Source: Pseudomonadota bacterium (GTDB taxonomy: Bacteria; Myxococcota_A; Polyangia; Polyangiales; Polyangiaceae). From it: a stretch of DNA of 64,000 nt. Position numbers and translations under genes: made by a program. Under the pieces are notes generated by a model. The model saw nothing but the letters and a program-made list of their open reading frames with translations, did no database searches and was not told the DNA's origin. Positions within the stretch are counted from its first letter, which is position 1; each line of letters opens with the position of its first letter. The stretch lies in assembly GCA_023428245.1 (NCBI GenBank), contig JAEYYX010000048.1, forward strand, positions 23,847 through 87,846, given 5' to 3'. Shown piece after piece: positions 8,110-17,177 of the stretch.

Positions 8110-9360
8110 TCATTGTGGGGCCGCTGCGCCAGTACCGCAGGAAATCAGGTCGATCCTTATCGTCTCAGCGCCCCCCTCCTGGCGCTCGATGACCAAGCCT
8201 CCCACCGCCGCGCCGAGTACCTCAACACCCAAGAGCGCGGGTTCCGGCCGGAGTGTGAGGGGCCCGTCCGAGAGTCCCTCTCCGAGTAGGCTCGCCCCGT
8301 CGCGCGCCGTCGCCAGAATCCAAGGGGTCTCGCCGTTTTCGAAGAGCAGAGGTAACCCGACGATCGTCTCGTCCGCAGGCGCCTGGATCGCAACCGATCC
8401 CGAGGCTGTCACACGACGAAACGTTGGTGCTGGGGCGCTGTCATCTCGCGACACGATCCAAAGAGCCTCACCTGCGCTCGTCGCGGAGAATTCGAGATTC
8501 GGGCCCGGCGACGTCAAATCGAGCGGCTGGGCCATAGGAACGCAATCCTCGTCGAGCCTCTGCACTCGTAGAAACTCGGGAGGCGCCGCGACCAAGCCGC
8601 CATCGAGCTCGGGAGCTGCGTCGTTGCTCTTGGAAACAATGGACGCCCAGAGGAGCCAGTACCCACCGGGCGCAGGCAGGAGAAGTGGACGGGCCGCGTC
8701 ATCCTCGGGAGGCGAAACGCGGCGCGGTGCGCCGATCGGAGCGAGGGAAGCAGCGTCGCGACGGGCACAATACACGCTTGCCTTGTCCTTCTTCTTCGGA
8801 TCGCTCGAATCCCAAACCAAAAGGGCCTGGCTACCGCGCGCGGCAAGCTCGACGCTCTCCAGAGGCCGAAAGTTCGTCTCGACTTCCGCCACGCTTCCAG
8901 CTCGCAACCCTTCCCCCTCGGGCACGACGGAAGCGAGTGCGATGCGCTTTCCTCCCGCATCCCGATCGAGCCAAGCGAGGAGGAGCCCCCCGGAAAGAGC
9001 TACGAGCTTCGGAGGCTCGTCGCCTCCATAAACCCGCTCAAGCAAGACGTCGCGGGTCGTCGTCCCCTGCCGGACGTAGACCCGGATCCGATGTTCCTTC
9101 TCTCCTTCTACGGCCGAGAGAGCGAACCCATCCCGAAATGGCGCACTCGCGCCCGTCTCAATCCCCCGACCTCCCCCGAGCAGCGCAAACTTTGCTCCCG
9201 GGACGCTGGAGCAGCTCGAGTTCCCTCGTTGTCCGACCTCAGGAGGCTCCACTTCCTTCGGCTGCGTCTGGTCATCGTCGTCGAGTTTCGGCTCCGATCT
9301 CTTACAACCCGCCATCAGGAGGCAGATCCCGAATCCGAGCGCTAGGAGATGCCGCCTCAT
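8110..9360 (-). CDS. hypothetical lipoprotein
   Basis: Signal peptide plus lipobox MRRHLLALGFGICLLMAGC. It is a long uninterrupted ORF in the same orientation as ilvE. I recognise no domain. Confidence 0.7.
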   Translation of the reverse strand: MRRHLLALGFGICLLMAGCKRSEPKLDDDDQTQPKEVEPPEVGQRGNSSCSSVPGAKFALLGGGRGIETGASAPFRDGFALSAVEGEKEHRIRVYVRQGTTTRDVLLERVYGGDEPPKLVALSGGLLLAWLDRDAGGKRIALASVVPEGEGLRAGSVAEVETNFRPLESVELAARGSQALLVWDSSDPKKKDKASVYCARRDAASLAPIGAPRRVSPPEDDAARPLLLPAPGGYWLLWASIVSKSNDAAPELDGGLVAAPPEFLRVQRLDEDCVPMAQPLDLTSPGPNLEFSATSAGEALWIVSRDDSAPAPTFRRVTASGSVAIQAPADETIVGLPLLFENGETPWILATARDGASLLGEGLSDGPLTLRPEPALLGVEVLGAAVGGLVIERQEGGAETIRIDLISCGTGAAAPQ

Positions 9361-9468
9361 TTCGCAGGTTTGTTACACGACCCGCCCCCCCTTGCGAAGG
9401 GCCCGCTCGCGTCTACCCTCCGGTTGGTCATACCACTCGCCCCTCCGGCACCCTCTCATCTCGCCCGG

Positions 9469-12090
9469 ATGTCTTCTACCCCTCCCCCCCGCCCCTACTC
9501 GCCGAATGCCCTCCTGTCGGCGATCTACGGTCGCGTCTTCGAACGGATCCAGGTCGAGGATGGCTGGGCCGATGAGATACGCCGTCACGCCGAAAATGCG
9601 AGCGTCCTTTATGTCTTGCCGAATCTGAATTGGCTCGACTTCCTCGCTCTCGACTACCTGACGAAGCGCCACGGCCTGCCCCGCATTCGCTTCGTCAACG
9701 ATTTAGGACTTTGGTTCCTGAATCCGGAGGGGCCGACGGTACGCGGCCGGGGCCTTCTCAACATGCTCCTCCCTCCCCTGCGCAAGCAGCCGGCCGCCGA
9801 GCTGAAGCAGGCGCTCGAAATGGGAGGAAGTGCGGCGCTTTTTCTGAAGCGCCCCCTCAGCGTCCTCGATGTTGGCTCCAGCGCCTCCGGTGGACGAGGA
9901 GTCCAGGAAGGTGACGAGCTCGTCCGCACCATCGTGCAGACGCAGCGCGAAGGGAAACGGTCCCTTGTCCTCGTGCCACTCGTCTTCCTTTGGTCGAAGT
10001 CGCCGAATCGACTCGAGGCAGGTCCCGTCGACTTTGTCCTCGGCTCGCGCACCTGGCCGACCCCGACGCGAGCCCTCGCGCAGCTCCTCGCGAACCTCGA
10101 GCACGTCTCGATGCGCATGGGCGAGCCGATCAACCTCCAAGAGTTCATGCGCGTGCACGGGAGCCAACCCGACAACGTGCTGGTGCGTCGCATCACCTAC
10201 ATGACGCTACGCCGCCTCGAGCGCGAACGACGCACGATGGTGGGCCCGGTGCAGAAGTCTCCGGGCCGCGTCCGTAACGAAATCCTCCGCAGCCCGCGGC
10301 TCCGCAGCGTGATCTCCGATCTCTCCGGCGGGACACCCGAAGGCCTGAAACAGAAGACAGCCGAAGCTGAGAAGATGCTCGCGGAGCTTCAAGCCACTCC
10401 TTCGCCCGACGTGGTGAAGGCAATGGGCATCCTCTTGGGATGGGGTTTCAGCAGGATCTATCGGGGCATCGATTTTGTCCCCTCCGATGTGGAGCGCGTG
10501 AAACAGGCAGCGCGCGACGGTGCACTCGTCATTCTTCCGAGCCACAAGAGCCACATCGACTACCTCGTCGTCAGTTACTTTTTCTATCAGCAGAACCTCG
10601 CGGTTCCGCTCATCGCTGCCGGCGACAATCTGAATTTTCAGCCGGTGGGTCCGATCTTCCGGCGAGCGGGCGCCTTTTTCATCCGTCGCAGCTTCCGCGG
10701 CGATCGGCTCTATCCCGCCGTGGTCGATGCCTATATCCGAAGGCTCATCCGTGACGGCTATCCGATGGAGCTCTTCCTCGAAGGCGGGCGGAGCCGAACC
10801 GGAAAGCTGCTCGAGCCGAAATATGGCCTCCTCAGCATGATCGTCGACGGCGCACTCGGGGTGCCGGAGCAGAACGTCCACTTCGTCCCCTTGAGCATCG
10901 GTTACGAGCGGGTGATCGAAGCCGACAGCTTCCAGCGCGAGCTGACCGGCGGCGAGAAGAAGAAGGAAGAAGCGACGGACCTCTTGAGCGCCCGCGAGGT
11001 CCTCCAGCACCGCTACGGGCGCATCAACCTCCAGTTCGGGAACCTGCTAACGATCGAAGACATCTGTCGTGAGCTAGGGGTCGCGCGTGAAGACCTGACG
11101 CGCCCGGCGAAGCGACGCGCCTTCGTAACCCGCCTCGGCAACCGTGTGATGGATGAAGTAAATCGCGTCACGGCGGTCACCCCCGGCGCCCTGACCGCCC
11201 TCGCTTTGCTCGGAGGTCCCTCTGACGCCCAGGCGGAATCGGACATCATCCTCTTCTGCGAGCGCGCCCTTACGGTGCTGAGCCGTCTGGGGGCCCGCGT
11301 CACCTCTCCGACCACCCTAGGCCCGGGCAAGCTCCGCGTGGCCTCGATCCGAGAAGCGCTGCAGATGTTCGTGGAAGCAGACCTAGCCCGCGCGCGGGCC
11401 GTTCCAGGAGGCACGAAGGTCTACTCCGTCGTCGACGAGCGCCGCATCCAGCTCGACACTTCCAAGAACATCATCATCCACTTCTTCGTGGAGCGCGGCC
11501 TGATCGCCGCCGCTATGTCGCGAAGTCCCGGGGGGTTGCCGCTTCCAACCGAAGAACAAGCTCTCTCCGAGCGAGTCCGCCACCTCTCCAAACTCTTCAA
11601 ACATGAGTTCCGCTTCCGCGCCGACGCGGCCTTCGAGGAGATCTTCTCCTCGGCGCTTGAGTCGCTCATCAAGGACGGACATCTCACTCGCGAAGGACAG
11701 CTCATTTCCGTGGGGCCCGGAGAGCTCGGCTGGAGCGGAGATCAGTGGCTGCGCTTCTACACGGACACGATCCGCAGCTTCATTGAAGCCTACCTGATCA
11801 CCGCGCGCGCGCTCGAGCTGCTGCTCAGCGGGCACCTGTCGGAAAAAGAGTTCATCAAAGAAGCGCTCGTGCTCGGCGAAAATCTCTATGATTCGCGAGC
11901 CATCCTGCGCCGCGAAGCGATCAGCAAGCCCGCGCTCCAAAATGCGCTCCACGCCTTCTCGGAGCTCGGCTACGTCCGCGCCCGCAGCGAAAAATGGGAG
12001 CTCACCCACGACTACGCAAATCCCGAAGCACTCCACAACGTCGCAAATGCCCTTGCCGCATTTTTGACCGGAGCGCACACGAGTCCATGA
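9469..12090 (+). CDS. plsB: glycerol-3-phosphate acyltransferase
   Basis: About 870 aa, with the HX4D acyltransferase motif (LPSHKSHIDYLV), FFIRRSF and LEGGRSRTGK blocks. The ATG at 9469 is preferred over the upstream 9349 start. Confidence 0.88.
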   Translation: MSSTPPPRPYSPNALLSAIYGRVFERIQVEDGWADEIRRHAENASVLYVLPNLNWLDFLALDYLTKRHGLPRIRFVNDLGLWFLNPEGPTVRGRGLLNMLLPPLRKQPAAELKQALEMGGSAALFLKRPLSVLDVGSSASGGRGVQEGDELVRTIVQTQREGKRSLVLVPLVFLWSKSPNRLEAGPVDFVLGSRTWPTPTRALAQLLANLEHVSMRMGEPINLQEFMRVHGSQPDNVLVRRITYMTLRRLERERRTMVGPVQKSPGRVRNEILRSPRLRSVISDLSGGTPEGLKQKTAEAEKMLAELQATPSPDVVKAMGILLGWGFSRIYRGIDFVPSDVERVKQAARDGALVILPSHKSHIDYLVVSYFFYQQNLAVPLIAAGDNLNFQPVGPIFRRAGAFFIRRSFRGDRLYPAVVDAYIRRLIRDGYPMELFLEGGRSRTGKLLEPKYGLLSMIVDGALGVPEQNVHFVPLSIGYERVIEADSFQRELTGGEKKKEEATDLLSAREVLQHRYGRINLQFGNLLTIEDICRELGVAREDLTRPAKRRAFVTRLGNRVMDEVNRVTAVTPGALTALALLGGPSDAQAESDIILFCERALTVLSRLGARVTSPTTLGPGKLRVASIREALQMFVEADLARARAVPGGTKVYSVVDERRIQLDTSKNIIIHFFVERGLIAAAMSRSPGGLPLPTEEQALSERVRHLSKLFKHEFRFRADAAFEEIFSSALESLIKDGHLTREGQLISVGPGELGWSGDQWLRFYTDTIRSFIEAYLITARALELLLSGHLSEKEFIKEALVLGENLYDSRAILRREAISKPALQNALHAFSELGYVRARSEKWELTHDYANPEALHNVANALAAFLTGAHTSP

Positions 12091-13004
12091 TGTCCTTACT
12101 CCGAAGCTCCGCCCGGACCCTTCTCGGGGCTGCCTTGGGATCCCTCGTCTCAGGCTGCATGGCGAGCCCGACGCCGCTCGTTCCTTCGCTCGGAGGCAGC
12201 GTCGGTGTCCCGCACCAAGGTGTGCTCACCGAGTCCCGCGAGCTCCAAAATGGCGGCCCGGGGTATCGTCGCTATCGCCCCCACGGCACGGCACATTTTG
12301 GTCTACCTCGCCTCGTCCAGGGCCTCGAACAAGCCGCCCTCACCGTCGCCCAGGAGCGCCCCGGCGGCGCGCGGCTCGTGATCGGTGACCTCTCGGCCGA
12401 GACCGGCGGCAAAATCCCGAGGCACAACTCCCACCGCACCGGACGTGATGTCGATCTGCTCTTTTACATGGTGAGCCCAGAAGGCATTCCGATCGAAAAC
12501 CCCGGGTTCATCTCGCTCGGTCCCGACGGCTTCGTCAAGCTCGAGGACGGGCGATATCTCCGCCTCGACGTCGAGCGACAGTGGATCCTCATCCGCGAGC
12601 TCTTGAGCGATCCGGAGCTCCGGGTCCAGTTCCTCTTCATCAGTCGCGATCTCGAAGCGCTCATTGTCCAATACGCACTCGCCAAAGAGACTGACCTTGA
12701 ACTCGTCTCTCGGGCACAGACCGTGATGGTCCAGCCGGTCGATTCTCTCCCGCACGATGACCACATCCACATGAGGATCGCCTGCGCGCCGGACGAAGCG
12801 GTCGGCGGGTGCATGGGCGGTGGACCTCACTGGAGCTGGCTGCCGCCGCTGCCCCAGGCCGATCTGAGTGAAGAAGAACTCGTCGCCTTGGTCGCTGAGA
12901 GCGATCCATTCCCTGCCCTCGAACGTCCGGCGAATGAACCGGAAGCGAGCGCCGAGGCACTACGTTCGGAGGGAGAGGTCTCGCTCACTTCCCCTCAAGG
13001 ATAG
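12087..13004 (+). CDS. mepA: penicillin-insensitive murein endopeptidase (M74, LAS-type), lipoprotein
   Basis: Signal peptide plus lipobox LGSLVSGC. Zinc-ligand blocks HNSHRTGRDVDL and HDDHIHMRI. The ATG overlaps the plsB stop (ATGA). Confidence 0.75.
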   Translation: MMSLLRSSARTLLGAALGSLVSGCMASPTPLVPSLGGSVGVPHQGVLTESRELQNGGPGYRRYRPHGTAHFGLPRLVQGLEQAALTVAQERPGGARLVIGDLSAETGGKIPRHNSHRTGRDVDLLFYMVSPEGIPIENPGFISLGPDGFVKLEDGRYLRLDVERQWILIRELLSDPELRVQFLFISRDLEALIVQYALAKETDLELVSRAQTVMVQPVDSLPHDDHIHMRIACAPDEAVGGCMGGGPHWSWLPPLPQADLSEEELVALVAESDPFPALERPANEPEASAEALRSEGEVSLTSPQG

Positions 13005-13026
13005 AAAGCCAGGAGGACTCGCCTCG

Positions 13027-13938
13027 ATGACCTCCGAAGCTCCGAGCGCCACCGTCCACCAGGGCGATTGCCTGAGTGTCCTACCCACTCTCATCAGCGA
13101 TGGAGCGCGCTTCGATCTGATCTATGTGGACCCGCCCTATAACGCCGGGGGCAAGCGGGGGGCGCGGGTCGAGCAGGGCCAAAGAGTCCATGGGCCGACC
13201 GCCTACGAAGATCATTGGGGCGGACGGGACGCCTTCATTTCGATGCTCCGCCCGCGGCTCGCGGAGATGCGCGCCGCGCTCAGTGGCGTCGGATCGCTCT
13301 GGGTCCACCTCGACCACCGGACCGTCCACGAGACCAAGGGCCTGCTCGATGAAATCTTCGGCCCCCAGTCGTTCCAGGGCGAGGTCATCTGGGTACCCGG
13401 CAACGGCGGACGCAAGCGACGAGGGCTCAGCGTCACTCACCAAACCATCCTCGTTTATTCGAAGACGCGCGACTTCATCTACAACATCCACGATCCGGAG
13501 CTCCGCGAACCCTACGCCGAGACCAGCCAAAGGATGCATTTTACTCAGACCGACTCGAGCGGGCGGCGCTTCCGAGAACGGACACTCGGAGGAAAAACCT
13601 ATCGCTACTTTCTCGACGAGGGGCGACAACGGGGCAGCGTTTGGGCCGATATCCCGGCCATGAGCGCGAACACGCCGCTTCGGCGGGAGACGACGGGGTA
13701 TCCAACACAGAAACCGGTAGCGTTACTTGAGCGTATCATCCGAGCCGCTTCAACGCCCGAAAGCCTCATCTTGGACCCGATGTGCGGCTCCGGAACGACC
13801 CTTTTCGCCGCGCTCCGCCTGAGTCGAAACTGCGTAGGGATTGACCAGAGCCCGCTCGCTTGCCAGATCACGGCTCGGAGAATTCGAGAGTTCTCCACCG
13901 AGGGGAGAGAAGAGGTGCACTCCGGGGAAGCCCCCTGA
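13027..13938 (+). CDS. DNA methyltransferase, beta-class (N6-adenine or N4-cytosine), orphan
   Basis: The catalytic motif DLIYVDPPYN is N-terminal and the AdoMet motif ILDPMCGSGTT is C-terminal, which is the beta-class order. PTQKPVALLERII block is present. No nuclease gene is adjacent. Confidence 0.85.
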   Translation: MTSEAPSATVHQGDCLSVLPTLISDGARFDLIYVDPPYNAGGKRGARVEQGQRVHGPTAYEDHWGGRDAFISMLRPRLAEMRAALSGVGSLWVHLDHRTVHETKGLLDEIFGPQSFQGEVIWVPGNGGRKRRGLSVTHQTILVYSKTRDFIYNIHDPELREPYAETSQRMHFTQTDSSGRRFRERTLGGKTYRYFLDEGRQRGSVWADIPAMSANTPLRRETTGYPTQKPVALLERIIRAASTPESLILDPMCGSGTTLFAALRLSRNCVGIDQSPLACQITARRIREFSTEGREEVHSGEAP

Positions 13939-14033
13939 GCTCACTTCCGTAGAGCCTGCTCACTGGCCCTGTCTGCCTCGGCAAGTCACGATTGGACTGT
14001 TTCTCTTCATCTCGCACAGAAGGACCTCATATT

Positions 14034-14780
14034 ATGTCTCGCGTTTCTGTTCATTCCCTCCCCCTCCTCCTCGGCGCCTTGGCGGTCTTTATGCCCCAGG
14101 TTTCTTTCGCCCAGGAGGAGACTGAAGCCGCTTCTGAAGAAACGTCCGCTCCCGAAGCAGCTCCGGAGGTCACGACGCAAGCTACCGAATCCGACGCCGA
14201 GTCCGCGCCTGCTCAGCCGACCAGCAAGATGAACTTTGAGGTGGCTCCGCCCGACCGGGCCCTTGAGCGCACCGATTACGCTCATCACGGCTTCTACTTT
14301 CGAGTGAACGCAGGCGGCGGTTTCCTTTTCAGTAACATCAACGACAAGGCCCTCGGCGCGAGCAGCGATGGATCTTCGTTTTCCTTGGGTCTCGACGCTT
14401 TGGTCGGTGGGACCGTAGCTCCTGGCATGGCCCTCGGTTTCGCAGCGCTCACGAACACCGCTGTCTCGGTCCCCGTTTTCAACCAAAACATCACTCAGTT
14501 CCACTTCATCGCCGGGCCATTCTTCGACGCCTTCCCTAATTCGCGGAAGGGCGGACACGTGGGTGCCGCGATTGGCTTTGCGGGCACGACGCTCGACAGC
14601 ATCGGCGGCGGATCGGCCTTCGGCGGCGGCGGCGCCCTTTGGGCCGGGTACGACGCTTGGGTAGCTCCTGATTGGAGCGTGGGCTTCTTCCTTCGAGGTT
14701 CTGGCGCCTACATGGCGGGCGGCGACGTTGAGTCAGCGGCCGTCGGCCTGCAGGCGATGATCACCCTGCTCCACAACTAG
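14034..14780 (+). CDS. secreted Gly-rich protein, possible outer-membrane beta-barrel
   Basis: Signal peptide MSRVSVHSLPLLLGALAVFMPQVSFAQ, an acidic linker, then alternating hydrophobic/Gly-rich segments. The TAG stop is part of the left end of repeat copy 2. Confidence 0.7.
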   Translation: MSRVSVHSLPLLLGALAVFMPQVSFAQEETEAASEETSAPEAAPEVTTQATESDAESAPAQPTSKMNFEVAPPDRALERTDYAHHGFYFRVNAGGGFLFSNINDKALGASSDGSSFSLGLDALVGGTVAPGMALGFAALTNTAVSVPVFNQNITQFHFIAGPFFDAFPNSRKGGHVGAAIGFAGTTLDSIGGGSAFGGGGALWAGYDAWVAPDWSVGFFLRGSGAYMAGGDVESAAVGLQAMITLLHN

Positions 14781-14883
14781 AGCGCGCATCTAAAAATGAG
14801 ATGCGCATGAAAAACACGGGGAGCCGTCGAGCAGATCTCAGGAAAACACGGCGAAAGCTGTGCCATATTTGAGACGTGTTCTA
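14778..14883 (+). repeat. MITE-like structured repeat, copy 2 (106 nt)
   Basis: Same element as at 1231 and 62392. It has an 8-bp hairpin (GCGCATCT / AGATGCGC, 14784..14806), the core CGAGCAGATCTCAGGAAAACACGGCGAAAGCT, and the invariant GAGACGTGTTCTA at 14871..14883. It is flanked TA..TA. Confidence 0.85.
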
Positions 14884-15135
14884 ACACCCGACGAAGAAAT
14901 CGCAGCCGGGCGACCTCGGAGGTCGCCAGAGTCCTGCCCCTAGCCCGATGTGCGCCTTTCTCGCTTGGCGCAGATCGGGCTCGTTCTTTGTTGGCGCCCC
15001 TCGCTTCATTCCCAGAAAATGCTCGAAAAAACCGGTCGACTCGGGCCTTGGGGAGGACAACGGCGCCCCCCGGGCACTTTTTTGCCCTAGGTCCAAGTTG
15101 TCATTTGGGGAAAAGCGATACAGCGTGAAGGGCGA

Positions 15136-17157
15136 ATGTCGAACCCTCTCTTGCACCTCGGCCGTCCCCTGCCCTTTGATCAATTCAGGGCCGAACACGT
15201 CGAACCAGCCATCCTGAGTCTCGTCGAAGATGCGGCGCGTGAACTCGATGCTATCGCGAGCGCCCCCGAGCCCCTGACTTACGATTCGACCTTTGGCAGG
15301 CTCGAGACAGCAACGGAGCGCCTCGGGATCGCGATGGGGATTGTTGAGCACCTCGAGTCCGTCCAGACGACTCCTGAGCTGCGTCAGGCTTACGGTGCGG
15401 TGCTTCCTCATGTGAGCGAGTTTTGGTCGAGCATTTCGCTGCATAGTGAGCTCTACAAGACGCTCAAGGCGTTCGGCGAGAGCGACAAGGTCACGGGTCT
15501 CTCCGCGACCCAACGCCGCCTGATCAAGAAAACCCTCGACGACTTCCACCGAAACGGCGCCGATCTCCCCGAGCAAGGCAAGAATCGGCTGCGAGCCATC
15601 GACTCGGAGCTCAGCCAACTCACGACTCGGTACGCGCAAAATACCCTCGACGGCACGAATGCCTTCGAGCTCTACGTCGACGAGGAGAGGCTCGCCGGCG
15701 TCCCGGAGACAGCACGCGTGCTCGCCCGCGAGGCGGCGGAAGCTAAGGGCAAGCCGGGCTACCGCCTCACGCTCCAGGCACCTTGTGTGATCGCAGTTCT
15801 GACCTTCGCCGAGGATCGCTCTCTCCGCGAAGAGATGTGGCGCGCGTTCAATCGTCGAGGCCTTTCCGCGGGCGACAACTTGAAGCTCATCTCCGAGATC
15901 CTAAGGCTCAGGAAAGAGAAGGCGAACCTGCTCGGCTTCGCAAACTTCGCCGACTTCGTGACCCAGGATCGCATGGCCGAATCCGGCGCTCAGGCGAAGA
16001 AGTTCGTCGAAGACCTGACCGAGCGCACGCAAGCGGCTTTCGCGCGCGAGACCGAAGAGCTCCGAGCTTTCCAAAGAGAGCTCGAAGGTCCGAGCGCCCC
16101 GTCCCTCGAGCCCTGGGACGTCGGGTATTACGCCGAGAAACAAAGGCGCGCGCTCTACAATCTCGATGAAGAAGCGCTCCGTCCCTACTTCTCCGCGGAG
16201 AAGGTCGTCGCCGGTGCGTTCTCACTCGCCGAAGATTTGTTCGGGGTGAAGATCGATCCCGCCGATTTGCCCGTTTGGAACCCGGCTGTGAAGAGCTACA
16301 GGATGCGCGACGAAGACGGCACCGAGCTCGGGGTTTTTTACACCGATCTCTATCCGCGCGAATCGAAGCGCGACGGAGCTTGGATGCACGGGCTCATCGC
16401 GGGAACGCCGCCCGCTCCCCACGTCGCGCTCTTCTGTGCCAACTCCCAGCCACCGAGCAAAGACTCACCGTCGCTCCTCAGCTTCCGCGACGTCGAGACC
16501 ATCTTCCACGAGTTCGGTCACCTCCTTCATCACCTCCTGAGTCGGGTGGACATTCGGAGCCTGGCTTGCACCAACGTCGCGCAGGACTTCGTCGAGCTCC
16601 CCTCTCAGATCATGGAGAACTGGTGCTCCGAGAAGTCGGTGCTCGACCGCTTCGCTCATCACTACGAAACGGGCGAGCCGATCCCTCTAGAGCTCGTGCG
16701 CGCGCTGCTCGCCGCGCGAAACTTCCGCGCCGCTTCGGCCCAGATGCGCCAGCTTGGCTTCGCGGCTGTCGATCTCGCGCTTCACATGGACGACGTTCCG
16801 TCGGATCCCGAGGCCCTCAACGAGTTCTCGGAAGACCTCTTGTCCCGCTACTCGGTCACCCGCTCTCCCAAGGGCGCATCCATGATCGCCTCCTTCGGGC
16901 ACCTCTTCTCGCACCCCGTCGGCTACGCCGGCGGCTACTACAGCTACAAGTGGGCCGAGGTCCTCGACGCAGATGCGTTCACCTCCTTCAAGAAGAACGG
17001 TCTCTTCGATCGCGCTACTGGTCAACGCTTCCGCGACACGATCCTGGCTCGCGGAGACAGCCAGCCTCCCCTCGATCTCTTCGTCGAGTTCATGGGGCGC
17101 GCTCCGGATCTGAGCGCGATGCTGGAGCGACAAGGGCTGAGCGCTTCTGCCGCCTAA
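15136..17157 (+). CDS. M3-family zinc metallopeptidase (oligopeptidase A / dipeptidyl carboxypeptidase type)
   Basis: HEFGHLLHH (HExxH) with a downstream E, and the length and layout of OpdA/Dcp-type M3 peptidases. Confidence 0.9.
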   Translation: MSNPLLHLGRPLPFDQFRAEHVEPAILSLVEDAARELDAIASAPEPLTYDSTFGRLETATERLGIAMGIVEHLESVQTTPELRQAYGAVLPHVSEFWSSISLHSELYKTLKAFGESDKVTGLSATQRRLIKKTLDDFHRNGADLPEQGKNRLRAIDSELSQLTTRYAQNTLDGTNAFELYVDEERLAGVPETARVLAREAAEAKGKPGYRLTLQAPCVIAVLTFAEDRSLREEMWRAFNRRGLSAGDNLKLISEILRLRKEKANLLGFANFADFVTQDRMAESGAQAKKFVEDLTERTQAAFARETEELRAFQRELEGPSAPSLEPWDVGYYAEKQRRALYNLDEEALRPYFSAEKVVAGAFSLAEDLFGVKIDPADLPVWNPAVKSYRMRDEDGTELGVFYTDLYPRESKRDGAWMHGLIAGTPPAPHVALFCANSQPPSKDSPSLLSFRDVETIFHEFGHLLHHLLSRVDIRSLACTNVAQDFVELPSQIMENWCSEKSVLDRFAHHYETGEPIPLELVRALLAARNFRAASAQMRQLGFAAVDLALHMDDVPSDPEALNEFSEDLLSRYSVTRSPKGASMIASFGHLFSHPVGYAGGYYSYKWAEVLDADAFTSFKKNGLFDRATGQRFRDTILARGDSQPPLDLFVEFMGRAPDLSAMLERQGLSASAA

Positions 17158-17177
17158 GTGGCTGAGGCTTTCTCGTC

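Noticed and set aside
13027-13938. The methyltransferase as part of a restriction-modification or other defence system
   Set aside because: No endonuclease, specificity, helicase or mobile-element gene is on either side. The neighbours are plsB, mepA and an outer-membrane-like protein.
14881-15639. 252-aa minus-strand ORF (and likewise 62495..63463) ending exactly at the repeat's terminal CTA
   Set aside because: Both are antisense to well-supported genes (the M3 peptidase and murJ). The shared end merely reflects the TAG (reverse complement of CTA) provided by the repeat's terminus.
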